DNA of 54,904 bases, taken from Candidatus Altimarinota bacterium. GTDB taxonomy: Bacteria; Patescibacteriota; Gracilibacteria; BD1-5; UBA2023. Every line of letters starts with the position of its first letter. Within the stretch, counting starts at the first letter, position 1. The stretch lies in the NCBI GenBank assembly GCA_031410215.1, contig JANNYQ010000067.1, positions 1 through 54,904 of the forward strand, written 5' to 3'. Both the position numbers and the translations under genes were made by a program. Below, piece after piece: positions 54,619 through 54,904 of the stretch. The notes under the pieces were generated by a model. The model worked only from the letters and a program-made list of their open reading frames with translations, had not been told where the DNA came from and searched no databases.

Positions 54619-54904
54619 TTACTGATTTGAGGCAATAAATATTCCATACACTTTCTCTACTCCAGCTGCTTTGAGGATTTTTGCACACGTATTCGCCGTC
54701 GATCCTGTCGATATAATGTCGTCGATGAGGACTACGGTTTTTGGGAGGATAAACCCTGGTCTCAGAGCAAAGGCGTGTTCCCTATTTTTTAGCCGTTTCA
54801 CTTTCGTCAGTTTGGATTGTCTTCGAGTCCATGAGGCTCGTATTAGTTTTATTTTGGCTACTCCAGTTCTCTGAGAGAGTCAGGTCGTGAGGAGATCGAT
54901 ATGA
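54619..54904 (-). CDS. comFC: ComF-family phosphoribosyltransferase-fold protein (ComFC), 3' part; 5' end outside window
   Basis: ...VVLIDDIISTGSTANTCAKILKAAG... is a PRTase motif at the C-terminus. The frame is open to the window edge through one TGA. Confidence 0.7.

Noticed and set aside
1-54904. Alternative explanation of the in-frame TGAs as tryptophan (table 4, Mycoplasma-type code) or selenocysteine.
   Set aside because: The TGAs align with invariant glycines of P-loops and the GxGxxG motif, not with Trp or Cys positions. They are far too frequent for selenocysteine.
1-54904. CRISPR arrays, insertion sequences, integrases, prophage blocks, rRNA genes.
   Set aside because: I saw no regularly spaced direct repeats, no transposase- or integrase-like ORFs after table-25 translation, and no rRNA-like sequence. 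The only repeats seen are short palindromic terminators or operators and the tRNA 5' duplications.

Overview
This 54.9 kb window is a gene-dense bacterial chromosome segment that only reads coherently if UGA encodes glycine. That is translation table 25, used by Gracilibacteria and Absconditabacteria/SR1 within the Patescibacteria/CPR. In the supplied standard-code ORF track most long housekeeping genes (uvrA, pyrG, recF, comM, rarA, trxB, yidC and others) are cut into pieces. Hand translation shows the pieces of each gene lie in one frame and are separated only by TGA. Those TGAs fall on invariant glycines: Walker A loops, the GxGxxG motif of TrxB, VTGG of PyrG and KAG of L20. After re-joining I call 54 protein genes and 3 tRNAs (Cys-GCA, Leu-CAG, Leu-UAG), plus many hairpin terminators, often bidirectional, and sigma70-like promoters. 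The content falls into three groups. (1) Translation and housekeeping: infC-rpmI-rplT, rpsT, fusA, nusA, pth, tlyA, rpmH-rnpA-yidC, gatC-recF, pyrG, uvrA, tsaB and an RluD-type synthase. (2) An oxidative-stress set (dps, peroxiredoxin, trxB) preceded by a shared Fur-family-like 7-1-7 palindrome. (3) A large envelope/translocation repertoire: pilT followed by a 1319-aa secreted protein, two paralogous coupling-protein-like ATPases, a VirB4-like ATPase, a membrane PP2C phosphatase, two large pilin-like proteins, comM and comFC. The most interesting locus is a tightly packed minus-strand gene string (46959 down to 38113). It encodes a T4CP-like ATPase, a TM-HAMP-PP2C phosphatase, a VirB4-like ATPase and a PilX-like minor pilin. 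No other T4SS or T4P core parts are visible in the window. I saw no CRISPR array, transposase, integrase or rRNA. All family calls come from motif recognition by eye; no searches were run.
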